A stretch of DNA of 64,000 nucleotides from positions 4,069,888 to 4,133,887 of the forward strand of contig NC_092676.1 in the NCBI RefSeq assembly GCF_964355755.1. Direction: 5' to 3'. Position numbers and translations under genes: made by a program. The stretch comes from Antedon mediterranea (Eukaryota; Animalia; Echinodermata). Under the pieces are notes generated by a model that saw only the letters and a program-made list of their open reading frames with translations, had not been told where the DNA came from and did not search any database. How positions within the stretch are numbered: the first letter of the stretch is position 1; every line of letters begins with the position of its first letter. Positions 26,101-37,474 of the stretch are shown in pieces.

Positions 26101-29100
26101 CTGCAATAACGAGTAAGTTCCTTCGACGCGTTGTTTGTTATCTTTGGCTTCTGACCTGATTTTACCATTTCTTTCAGTTCCTTTAACACATAATCAGCAT
26201 CCTGTGCTTCATTCCAGTTAATAACATCAGTGAGGGATGTTTCATTACTATACATCTCTGGAATACACTGACTACTACCACCAAGACAATATGCATAAGG
26301 TAGTGTGTCACTTGAATTGGTAACAGCTGAACGTATCCCATATACCGCATTTATGACTTCTTTAGGTGAGATTTCACTCACTCGCGTTTGTAGATTCTCT
26401 TTAATTCTCATCTGATCAACTTCATCTGCCGCATTAGCATCAGAAGCGAGAGGTCTGCGGGACAATGCATCCGCATCTTGATTAGTTCTACCAGGTTTAT
26501 ATTGAATGGAGAAGTCAAAGTTAGCTAACGCGGCCAACCATCGGTGACCTGTAGCATCCAATTTAGCTGAAGTAAGAACATATGTTAATGGATTACTGTC
26601 AGTCATTACCTTGGTACCTTTTGCATGGTACAAAAGATCCTTAAATTTATCAGTTACGGCCCATTTTAATGCCAGGAATTCAAGTTTATGTGCTGGGTAA
26701 TTTCTCTCACTCTGGCTCACTGTCCGACTAGCATATGCTACAGGTTTAAATTTGTTGTCAACTTCCTGTAATAAAACTGCTCCAAGACCATCACGGCATG
26801 CATCGACATGAAGTTGGAATGGCTTGGTGAGATCAGCATATGCTAAAACAGGTGCAGATGATAATCTAGTCTTAAGTTGGTTAAAAGCCTGGTTACATAG
26901 ATCAGTCCATTGATTTGAGAATGGTTCAGAAGACTTCTGTAACCCGTCATGACGTACTTTCTTTGACGTTCGACCACGCTTAGGTGAGAAGGCATATTTA
27001 CTGGCTAATGAGTGAAGCGGAGCTGCAATTTTCGAGTATCCTTCAACAAATCGTCTATAATAACCTGTTAGGCCAAGGAAACTTCGTAAGTCCTTAGCAT
27101 TCTTTGGTGTAGGCCACTCTTTAACGCTTGAAACCTTTTCAGGATCAGTCTGAATTCCCTCTTCGCTTACTATATGCCCAAGGTATGTTACAGATTTGCA
27201 AAAGAACTTGCACTTCTCTGGAGAAACCTTGAGGCCAAACTCTTTTAAGCGATCAAATACTTTGGTGAGACGATTTTCCATCTCCTCTACTGTCTTAGAA
27301 AATACGATAATGTCATCCATGTATACCAATGCTTCAATAAAATTCATGCCGGACATACAAGATTCCATTAATCTTTGAAAAGTAGACGGTGCACCTTTAA
27401 TACCTTGAGGCATCCTTTCGAATTCATAAAAACCAATTGGGCAAGTGAAGGCGGTTTTCTCCTTGTCACTCTCGCGCATAGGAATTTGATAGAAACCGGA
27501 CTTAAGATCAATTACAGAGAACCATTTGGAACCACTGAGACAGTCGACAGCATCTTGTATCAGGGGTACTACATACTGGTCTGGCACAGTCCTTGCATTC
27601 AACTTTCTGTAATCGACGCACATTCGTAAGGAGCCATTTTTCTTTCTGACCAAAACAATTGGTGAGGCATATCTGCTCTTTGATGGTTTGATAATTCCAT
27701 TACTTAAAAGTTCGTGAATATGTGTTTGTAAGTCAACTAAGTCGCCTGGGGATACCCTTCGTGTCCTCTCTCGAAAAGGAGTAGTGTCGTTCAAGTTGAC
27801 TTCATGCTCAGCATTAGAGGTCAATCCAAGGTCCCATTCATGTTTGGCAAAAACATCAGCCTTTTCCTGGAACCTGCTAAGCATTCGGCTTTTAACATCT
27901 ACGGGCACTTCAGATCCCCATTCAAACGGTAACTTACTGATGTCATTTAATTGCTCTGGGATTTGAGAAGAATTAGTTGAACAAGGGTTAGTAATGCTGC
28001 TAGGGATAGTGGCTTCTGCTAGTATATTATTTTTATGTACATAAATATCTTTTGAACTGCTGTTTTTAACATCTATATTTACAGTGACACGTTTTCCTCT
28101 GGGTAATTTCTTAAGGCAAATGGTTGAATTTAAATGTGCATTGACTTTGTTATTTGTATCAATCAATACTGTGACTTCATTGGTTGGCTTTCTGACTACC
28201 GCTTTAACGCTCTTGGTGGTACCAGCAGCAATAAGCTCACTACCAGCTGACCGTATAATCATGGTTTTCTCTTGGTTATCAGCATTGCGATATATAGCTG
28301 CACAACGTGTATTAATGAAGAGTCTTCTCAGGTATTGGGAACCAGCCCTTTTCTTACATTCCTGACGGAGTTGATTGAACAATCCTGTGTTGGTACCAAT
28401 AATTACTTCATGTGAATTTTCAGTGTCTGGAACGACTAAAACTAGAACTTCAAAATTCTTATTGGTGCCAGCAAAAGTTTGAGGGAAAGCAATTCTAACC
28501 TTGGTCCATCCGAGATATGGTATTTTGCCACCACCACCATGCCATAAGACTAAATCTGACAAAGGATGCAATGTCTTTGTAAGCTTCATAAAGACTGAAT
28601 TATTAATTGTAGTGACTTGTGAACCACTATCCAAAAGGCAATTATGTTTTAACCCATCAATGAAACATTCTTCAGTCACACTCTCCCCCACCAGTCCATT
28701 GGGAATATCGGTAAAATTTGGAGCTAATCGTTCTTCTTTGACATCTGACTGCCCCCTTCAAATGTCCGTTGGAGTTTCCCTGGTTGTGCAGATGGCTAAT
28801 CAATTTCTCGTTAACTAATGCAGCATTTACTTCTTTGGCACAATTACGTTTAATATGGCCATTTTCGCCGCAGTTGTAGCAGAATTTAGGGAAGTCAGAT
28901 GGTTGTCGTCGTCCCCTACCTTGCCATTGGGTCTTTTGTTGATGTGGTTTTGATTCTGGTTGAGATTGTTGACTTTGTTGCTGGGTATGAGTACTGCCTA
29001 GAGTCGATTGTTTTAACATTTTCTCAATTCTGCTCATTCGCTCAATCAAATCGTTATTTTGGACTGAATGAGATGCAGCCACTGCGTTGCGGCTTTGCCC

Positions 29101-32100
29101 TTTAGCCTTCATCTGTCTATTTGATGTTTCTTCCTCCCATCGTCTCACTTTTCCTAGTAGGGTAAGATATGTTGGTGGTGCTTCTTGTAATTCTCTTAAA
29201 CGCAAGTCCACTAACAGCAATGGTTCGAAGATGTTGCCCCTTATGAACTGCTTCAGAATTGCGGCATTCATCCTGTCTTCTGATATACCTCCCTTTTGCA
29301 GAACATGTCGTAAAGAATCCTGCAGTCGTGTGAGGTAATGTGATGGCGTTTCCCCTGTCTTTTGCTCAATCGAAAAGAATTGGTGGAACAATTCTTCACC
29401 TGTAAGCGTTGAGCCATACACTACCTCCATAGCTTGGAGATAATCTTTTGCTGAAGCTGATGGGTTTTCTCGCCGGAGGTCATCAATAACATCCAACGCT
29501 GGAGAACGGAGTGCTTCACGTAGTCGCCTTTTCTTTTAAGCTTGTGAAACCTCTGTCTCCGATTCTTCAATAAGGGCCTTTGCCTGTGTCCTCCATACAT
29601 GATATGGGTCTTCGTCTTTCCCTTTGTCAGTTCGGCCAGAGAATACTCTAAGTTTTCGGTAGTTTACTGACAGTCTAGCCACATTTAGCAATTCACTGTG
29701 ATGAGTTGAATGACTTGGTTCGGGTGACGTGGAGGGAAGTAATGATGAAAACTCTTCTACCCGTTTGACTATAATCGTAAAATTAATCGTGTCATCTTCT
29801 TCAGAGATTTCAAATTCTTCTGGAATGTTCATATCTGCTGTTTTCAATGACAGTCTAGCTAATATGAAAGTTTTCTTGAAGTCATGTTTGTCGATTTCAT
29901 CTCTTCGTTTTATCTCTTCGACTGGCAGAGCACCACACAACTTTCTATATAGCCTGTGAGTAGCCACTGTTGTTCTAGGCGCAGACAGTAAAATTGGGTA
30001 ACCTACAAGATTAGCCCATTCTAAGGCATACTCTATTAATTTCGACATCTTGGCTCTTTTTAACTACTTAGAAATAAATAAAACCTACTTATCAGAATAC
30101 TGTAATTACAAGACGTAAATAATGGTGATTAACCACACACACAATAGTAATAAAATATATATTACGTTTCCCGGACGAGCCCCCAATTTGTAACCCGAGT
30201 TTCTAGCAAGAAACTAAAATTTCCAAGAAGTATTAAATAATCAAATCAAGGAAAACGCCTTATAAATTAAAATGTAGATTTATTCCTTTGACATCAACTT
30301 GTCAGAATTTACATAACCAATATTATTTATTCACAAGATAAAACATTAAAGTGTCCACAAAACTAAAAGTTTATATTAAAATTGAGTCTTCAGTTGAAAC
30401 AATTCCGACTTGAAAGGTTCCACAGTAGAGTAAATGTTATCAACGAAATGTTCCGACCAATGGTGTAATAATTGCAATAATGATTCGTAAATTTCAAAAG
30501 TAGTGTTTTCTCATCTAAGAAAAGAGAAAATATATACATATACTATATAACTATAAAACAATTTAAATCAAATATCATTTGGTACATAATTAAAATACCA
30601 CAATGTTTGCAAAATAACCTAGGCTATGATAGACAATTAAACAAAATAAAACATAATCCGTCAATACCGCCAGGTTCGATTAACACTGATTGGTATATGA
30701 TTATTCACACTACTCATTAAAACATTAGTTACATTATATAGTTAGAGGTACTTCGTTTGGTAAGTATGCTAATACTTGATACCAATATAACTACATTGCA
30801 ACTCAATGGATAATAGCAATAGCTATTCAAACGTGTGTCTATCAACATATTAACCTGACTATTATAAACTCAGGATGGTTAATGCAGCGCATCCATTCAA
30901 TAAACTAAATTATAAACTAAAAGGTAATTAAAGGTATAAAAATAAATGTCGCATAAAGCGGAAATCAAAAATAAGTGTATAATACAATAGTCTCAATTCT
31001 ACAATCACACTCCAATTGTCTCTAGGTCAATCAATACCAAGAGTGTACTGCCATCTAGTAAATGACCCACATTTACCAGAATCGTCCTGATACACTCATA
31101 CAATTAAAAGTATTAGCAAAAGCAAGTTAATCACTTCAAGACCCTTTAACTTAAAACGGGAGAGAACAATGTGTGATTGCAGAACCTTACTTTACAGTAA
31201 CATAAATTACCAAGCGCAATTGCAAATGGTATCACAAAAGTTATAAAATATAATCAAAAAGTTAAGTATCACATAACTAATCTAAAGCATTGAGCCAATG
31301 CAAACATAATGCATAAACCTAATCTTCATAAGCTTAAATCTCAAATTAAGTTATATTAACAAATTTGTTAAACATAAAATAATACAATTGATAGTTCTTA
31401 CCTAAGAAAAGAGCCAAAATATGAAAAAGTGACTTCCTTTAAAGTTGTTAAAAATGTATAGATGTTTCTTGTGAGCAGGCACAAGTGGAAGTGAGGTATA
31501 ATCATCAGAAATGAAGATAATCACCTTAGTTGCCTAGCAACTTGGCAAAACACATTCCTTACTTCCCAAACATTTGTCACTATGACCCACTTGGGGTAAC
31601 CTTTGTTGCAATTAAGCTGCATTCTTTTCTACTGACCTATAAACTATATTTATATACAGTACATTGTAAAAACAGATACATTCAAATGAAAAAAATCAAA
31701 CAGAAAGATATAAGAAAGATATAAATGGTAAAAATATATTCATAAAAATCATAGGGTTACACATATAATGGTAGTTCATCCAGTGATCAAATTACAAGTT
31801 ACTAGATGGTACGCGTACCATCTAGTTCGTGCCGCGCCCACAGAGATGGTTCTCGAATACATAGTAATTTCAGCGTAAAAAGACTGGCGATTTCAAATGT
31901 ACGTACGGCAGGACTATAATACATTGTCGTTTACAGAAACAAATAAATAGACACAATGATTTATGTAGTCAACCAAAATTAGCACCTAGAAACTTGTCAC
32001 AAAATGAGTCGAAATTGGTTATTTGGACTCATTTAAACAAACCCAATTTTGTTAAATTATTCTTTATATTTCTTTATTATCCAATCAGTAACGAAATATT

Positions 32101-33925
32101 TTTTTTATATAAGCCTATAAATAATATACCACTAAATAGAGTAAAACATTTCCGATTTAATACTTTATTAAAACTGTCACTGCCTCATGGTCGATTGAAA
32201 TAGTAAAGTACATTTAAAGACCATTTTTGTAATTATTAATTAATACAAACGTTGAGAAACAACTGACAGTAATACAGTATATATTATTATGTGTTTATAG
32301 TCTAAAAGTAGGGGCTACCCACACTCACAGTGATGACGTTTATTAGTATATTTGTTTATATTATATCTAACAGTACCAACACACGTGTTGTTTTGATTCA
32401 AATGGCGATCAAAAGTGGTTAATACCTATTTGCAGTATTGTATAGCATTACAATCCATTTCTGTTTATTCTCCAAGGGTCTATAAATTTACAGTACCTAC
32501 TTGTGTTAAACCATGGAGGTATGCAATAATTTGGAATGTTCCATTCATTGCAAATCAATACATTTCTATAAACGTATATTAAATCTATCAAAATAGTATT
32601 TTTTAAAGAAAATCGGCCTGTCTTCAACATTATGATGCTGTACTCGAGCTGTTCAATCGCTTTTCAGCCATTAAAAACAGTTATCGTAGGAGGAGATAGG
32701 AAAATGCGAAGCATCCTCGTATTATTGTATGCGGGTATTTTTCACGATGGACATGTATTAGACAGTGTATACCACGATTGGAAAACACCCCTATTTGGGG
32801 CAAATTTAATTATCTAACTAAATTTAATTAGTAAACAGGGTTACATCAGGTGGTTAAAATCAGTACTGAGATTCTAACCAACTTTATATACCATCGAGTA
32901 AACATTCTAGAAATAACGCGCGATTTAGCGAATTTTGCCCTTACGTAAATTTATATATAGATGAGCACTGAGTCTTAGTGGTCAAATTATTGTCCATGGG
33001 TTAGTTCCAGTGGTCAAATCAATGTGCAAGTAAATTGAACAAGTAAATCTCAGTAGAATATTGATTTTTATGGTAAATTCCTTCATGAAAAAAATATTAG
33101 AAAACTCTCCAGCTTAAAGATGTATTGTCCATTTGACTAATTCCAAAAATTTGTCGAAAAAAAAAATCATTTAACTGAAATACAGACATTTTTTGTTAAA
33201 AAAATAACTTTAACTTGTTGCTTTTGGCTTGAATTTTCGACTTAAAAGTGAATAACTTTAATATTACTTTGATATGGCTAATTTAAATTTAGAATATTTT
33301 GACCTTTATTTTTTTGTGTTTCAAGGGACAATACATCTTTAAATTGTGTACATGTAATAATGTTTAATCTGTAAATAAGCATACATTCTAAGTTTGGGAT
33401 TTCTGCTGGCTTGAAATTTCCTAAATATGACCCCAATCTCCAACCCCCTGGGTCAAAACGCCCAGAGCCAAAATGGTCCTGGGATGAAATGTTTCTAATT
33501 CATTAACATACTACTATACTCCACAAAAAGTTGATTTTTAAGTTGTTGTGGCCAAGGATCGGTGATTCATTCTAGGCATCAAGTAATTTGAAAAAAAATA
33601 TTGAGATTATGGTTTTAAAAAGTGCAAGATTTTAGTTCAGTGGCATGAGAGAGCTTGCAGTTGGGTAAAATTGAAAGCCTCACTAATCCATACTGGACAT
33701 GTATGGGTAATTTGTGCTTTATTCTAGTAATGTTACAATAGTGTACCCTATTACCTACACCTACACTACTCCTTATTTTGTATATGTAGTGTGCAGTATA
33801 CCTTCAATAGTGTTTTCTACTTGATCTTCTGAATTTTCAAACACTGCCAATTCCACAATCATCTTCATTATCGCAGCGCAATCCTCCGGTCTTGCATCTC
33901 GTATACAGAAGTTGTCATCTTCCAT
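17161..33925 (-). CDS. SAT: Spermidine/spermine (diamine) N-acetyltransferase, SAT1/SAT2-like GNAT, 4 coding exons, 171 aa
   Basis: Exons 33925-33802 (MEDDNFCIRDARPEDCAAIMKMIVELAVFE...), 22441-22262 (...IGYSVFFYTYSTWKGKVVYMEDLYIMKEFR), 21956-21916 (ERGYGRILMRRVAE) and 17331-17161 (IGLEKGCQRMQWAVLGWNKPAINMYK...*). All GT-AG with compatible phases, 516 nt in total. YSTWxG..Y.EDLY and WN.PAI..Y are family motifs. Confidence 0.9.
17480..17645. repeat. Short inverted-repeat (MITE-like) remnant
   Basis: TTCTGAAAAGTCCCG ... CGGGACTTTTCAGAA. Confidence 0.45.
18195..19196. repeat. Three diverged ~335-345 bp tandem units
   Basis: ATCACACCT..TCAC at ~18200, ~18531 and ~18876. GACCGGAAGTA / TCGACCCCATTT motifs recur in each unit. 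Confidence 0.8.
19197..20821. repeat. Near-identical ~275-bp tandem duplication, first copy interrupted by a transposon
   Basis: TTCGTGAGGTTAATTTCCCGATTG...GATGTTATGTATT at 19197-20542 (minus insert) and at ~20548-20821. Confidence 0.9.
19400..20464. mobile_element. Non-autonomous TIR transposon with hAT-like termini and a 5-bp TSD
   Basis: TIRs CAGGCCCGTAGCCAGG / CCTGGCTACGGCCCTG. TSD GATAG at 19395-19399 and 20465-20469. The empty site is visible in the neighbouring duplicate at ~20741-20760. Confidence 0.85.
22650..24222 (-). repeat. 3' LTR
   Basis: TGTAACCC...GGGTTACA. No difference from 30189-31761 seen by eye. Confidence 0.95.
24210..28691 (-). CDS. pol: Gypsy pol (protease, RT, RNase H, integrase, acidic tail) with one in-frame stop
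   Basis: LLDSGS protease, YMDD RT, VDAC..GLGAVL RNase H, HHCC and DDE integrase. TGA at 25122-25124 (PGD*VLVRN), then the frame continues through ORF 24210-24977 into the LTR. Confidence 0.93.
24223..24234 (-). other. Polypurine tract
   Basis: Minus strand AAGAGGGGAGGT directly precedes the 3' LTR. Confidence 0.8.
28672..30048 (-). CDS. gag: Gypsy gag (PNMA-like capsid + CCHC knuckle) with one in-frame stop
   Basis: YRKLRVFSG, then SQA*KKRRLREALRSPALDVI with TAA at 29536-29538, then CYNCGENGHIKRNC. Confidence 0.92.
28705..28780 (-). promoter_or_regulatory. Putative -1 ribosomal frameshift signal (slippery heptamer + H-type pseudoknot)
   Basis: G GGA AAC (28780-28774) in the gag frame, 7-nt spacer, stem GACATTTGA/TCAGATGTC, and loop GGGGC able to pair with downstream GCTCC. 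Confidence 0.7.
30169..30185 (-). other. Primer binding site for tRNA-Pro
   Basis: TGGGGGCTCGTCCGGGA, 3 nt inside the 5' LTR boundary. Matches the well-known tRNA-Pro PBS. Confidence 0.9.
30189..31761 (-). repeat. 5' LTR
   Basis: Same length and sequence as 22650-24222. Carries the identical small ORF (31530-31724 vs 23991-24185). Confidence 0.95.
31802..32961 (-). mobile_element. Non-autonomous Helitron, copy 2
   Basis: Same TCTATATATAAAT...CTAG ends and A|T site as 1919-3363. The 3' hairpin loop is shortened. Confidence 0.8.
33118..33338. mobile_element. Kolobok-like MITE
   Basis: TTAA|AGATGTATTGTCC ... GGACAATACATCT|TTAA. Confidence 0.75.
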
Positions 33926-35269
33926 TTTCCTGCTACTGTACTACTGTACTTCTTTTTTATATATAGGATATCAGAATGTTTGTAAATGTTAACAATGCAT
34001 GACAGCATTAGACATTGAATTTCATTATGTTATTTCCATAAACTCTTTAATACCTTACTTTATACTGTACAGCATCGCTCTATGCTCTTACAGGAAGATA
34101 AACTGAAACAATATTTATTTCGCTTACCTGCTAACTAACGAACTCCTGATTTTACAGAATAATGCAAAATATTTAATAACTAGATGAATGATGGGTTTAT
34201 TTTGATGGATCTTTTATCTTTATAAAAGAAAACTAATAAAAATCTGGCCTACAGTAGCTGCTTTAAACCAACCAGAAATAGGTAAAAATCAGGAGGCGAT
34301 AGAGAAATACTTACATTAACATTTTTACTAATATTAGCAGTCCTGTCCAAATAATGGTGCACATTGATGACGTTTAGTCCATACACAAATTCATCATTAG
34401 TGTGCCGCTGATGAAATATTTATTTTCCTCATTTTGACAATGCGGTATGGAAGAATATAGGATAACTACCAAAACCGCAAATGGAAGTCATCTAATATTA
34501 TATGATGTTTGTCATGAAAAGTGAATCATGAAGTACTGCAGGTACTGTATTTTGGGATATATTTTTTTCTTTTTTGCTTCTGCTGCAGAATCCAATTTAA
34601 AAACATTCACCTGCTCGGCGGTAATGCTGAGTGACTGTGAAGTCTAATACTTACAGCAGCGATTTCAAGTTACGAGAGGTGACCGCTTATGGGAGGTTCT
34701 GAAGATATTGGGCCAAAATCACGTATTATGGCTATGCACAATATTTTTCGCCATTCTTAACGCAACAGGCCTCTTCCCAATATTCTCCAGCTAATTGTAT
34801 TTTATTGTTTATGATCAGGTCGTTTATTATTATTTATGATTTTCAGACAAATTGGTCAGTCAAAAGCTGTGTAGTTTTCTCATCGCATCTAAAAAACACA
34901 GGAATGTTCTTCACAGAAATATATTTAAAACCGCTTCGAAATAAAGCTACTGTAATATAATAATTAATATATAAAGCACAAATGTATCAAAATTAATACC
35001 AATTTTTCTGATGGCCACTTACGGGAGGTAATTTACCATACAAAAATCTAATTTGTAGTAAAAAAAAAAAAAAAGTGGCCGACGCCGTGGCTGCTTAGGG
35101 GGGTATAGGCCTAGTCGCTTAATTACAGGAGGTATCAAATGCACTAATTAATTAGATACGAAGAATAAACAAGCTTTTGAAAGCCTCCAAGGAGGTTCAA
35201 CTGGTCTGTAGGTGCAAAAGTATTAATGCCAAACTCAGTAAATTATTACTCTTTCTGCGTGTCATACAT

Positions 35270-36817
35270 GGGTCATTCTTCAGTAAGTGTCTAAAATCGT
35301 GTCCCGATACTTTGGTGGGATAGAGACTGAAAATTCATCATTAAAAAATAAAAATTCTTGACTTAAATCATAATCAACATTATTGTAAATATAATTAATT
35401 ACATAAAATAAAGATAATTACATTGATATTGTTAATTTTTATAAAAATGGTTCAGGCAACCCCCTAAAATCCTATGTCCCGATCGTACATCTTCAATTTT
35501 ATGATCGCCGTATATATTTGATAACAGGACTTTTGTTATCGAAAATATTGTAAAAAGTTAGTTAATCATGATTTCATGCGATTATATTCTTCGAAATACA
35601 TCTCTACATACATTAAATCTCAAACTTTAAAGTTTTTGTTTGGAAAAAGCTTGTCCCGCAGTTTTGTGTCATTTCCGTCACATTTAAATGTACCGTCTAC
35701 AGTTTAATGAACGGCGGTGAAAAAAATTGACTGTGCGTTGTAAACATACGAAGATATTGAAATTAAACTAGCAGCACATCATTTTCAATAAAAGAGGAAA
35801 AAAACTAAAAAAACGAGGTTTTAGAAAAATTACAGCTGGCTGCGTACCTTTATTGAATGTCATATCCGAACGGTATAGAACTCATTAAATAATTATAATT
35901 TCTGTTTTTTTTCAACTGGAAGTACAAGTTATTCACGGTATCTAGAAGTATGCAATCCGTCTCCGCTGTCAGACATGCCTACGATGTGATCCTAGGTTGT
36001 CCAATGCTAAATACATCATCTCCGTCACGGTCAGCTCCGTCACATTTCCCAATGTTTCGTTGTGACGGCCCGTGACGGATATGACTTTTTGTTATTGCCA
36101 GGGCCTTTTTTTGTTGTACATTTTGTTTTGTATATCTTTATTATGTTATTACATTGTATATCTATGTGACTCTGGTCAATAAACATAATCAAATCATATC
36201 TTAAAGTCATCTCCGTCACATGATTTTTTAGGTTCGTCATATCCGTCACGGTTTCATCTCCGTCACATGGATATTTTATCCTTTTAAATCCTAAAATATT
36301 TAAATAATGAACGCAATTATGTGGTATATTGAAATATAAACAATATTCTTCTACTATGTCAATGGATAGTAATATTAGTTCAATTCAACAGAATTTTGTA
36401 AAACATCAGTGACAGTCATACTATTTTCTGAAAATTATTATTTTTTGGAATAGTAAATGGTTTTGAACGTATAACATCATACTTATAAATGTTAAAACAA
36501 TCATTTTGTGATTAATAGAGACAAAAATAATATATAGTATCAAAGAATTAATAATGGAAATAATTTTATAATTCCTGAACCGTTATTTTTTCTATCTTTG
36601 TATATCCCATAAATGTGACGGAAATGACAGTAACATAGAACCATGTATTTATAAATACGAATAAAACACGAAATATATAATAAAGATTGCGCCAAACATA
36701 CGCTTGCCATGTAATACATGTTCATTTATCTGAATAAACTTTTAAAATTTAAAAAATGCAAATTTTAAAATCGATTTTTTATAAACCTGAAATTAGACAC
36801 TTACTGAAGAATGACCT
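35270..36817. mobile_element. Non-autonomous TIR transposon (possibly Sola-like) between SAT and COMMD2
   Basis: 24-bp perfect TIR GGTCATTCTTCAGTAAGTGTCTAA / TTAGACACTTACTGAAGAATGACC. Flanks ACAT/ACAC may be an imperfect 4-bp TSD. Many internal CCGTCAC motifs. Confidence 0.7.
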
Positions 36818-37089
36818 ACACACATTCAGTCACTTTCTCCTATCGGAAATATAAACCAGAAATGTATAGAGAGGGAAGCTGCAGGCCTACCTACTAGGCT
36901 GATATGGAAGCAAACACTTATGTACTTTTCTTTATGATATTTTATAAGTCAGAAGCCTTTACTTACTCTACTACTTTTATTTCCTTTGTGTAAAGGGTTC
37001 TTTGGTGGTGGGAAGGTGATGGTGGAAGTATACAGTTTGAATAAACTGCCACACTACTGCGCGTGTGTCACACGCAAAAGGAGAAGTCT

Positions 37090-37125
37090 TGATCAGGTGA
37101 TCAGAACACTTGTCGTATCACGTGA
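37090..37125. promoter_or_regulatory. Candidate COMMD2 proximal promoter (E-box TCACGTGA)
   Basis: TCACGTGA at 37118-37125, ~65 nt upstream of the ATG, with TGATCA repeats nearby. Motif only, no functional evidence. Confidence 0.35.
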
Positions 37126-37474
37126 TATACTCCACAAACAACAATAAATTTCATCCACGATCTGTTTTTTTTTGGGAATTAAATATAAAAATGCTTTTGA
37201 TGCTAGAAGATGAGCATAAGGACCATCTTAGCTTTCTAACCCAAGTTGAAATAGATGGTGTGTTAATAGTCTTCAGTTTTCTATTAGTATTAAAAACTGA
37301 ACTCTCTAGCTAGCCTAATTAAAACTAGAATAGAAGGAAGATACAAACATAGCACTGCAGCCGGCCAGCCAGGGTCTCATTCATTGATTGGCTAAACTCT
37401 ATTAAGCTGGGCTTACGAGACTAAATTATAGGCCTAGCTAGGTAGAGCTATATTTAGGACTTAGTACTGAAATT

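Larger units (their letters stand above)
22650..31761 (-). mobile_element. Full-length Ty3/Gypsy LTR retrotransposon (PNMA-type Gag), in SAT coding intron 1
   Basis: TG...CA LTRs at 22650-24222 and 30189-31761 (1573 bp each), 4-bp TSD CATA, tRNA-Pro PBS, PPT, gag, and pol in PR-RT-RH-IN order. Confidence 0.97.
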
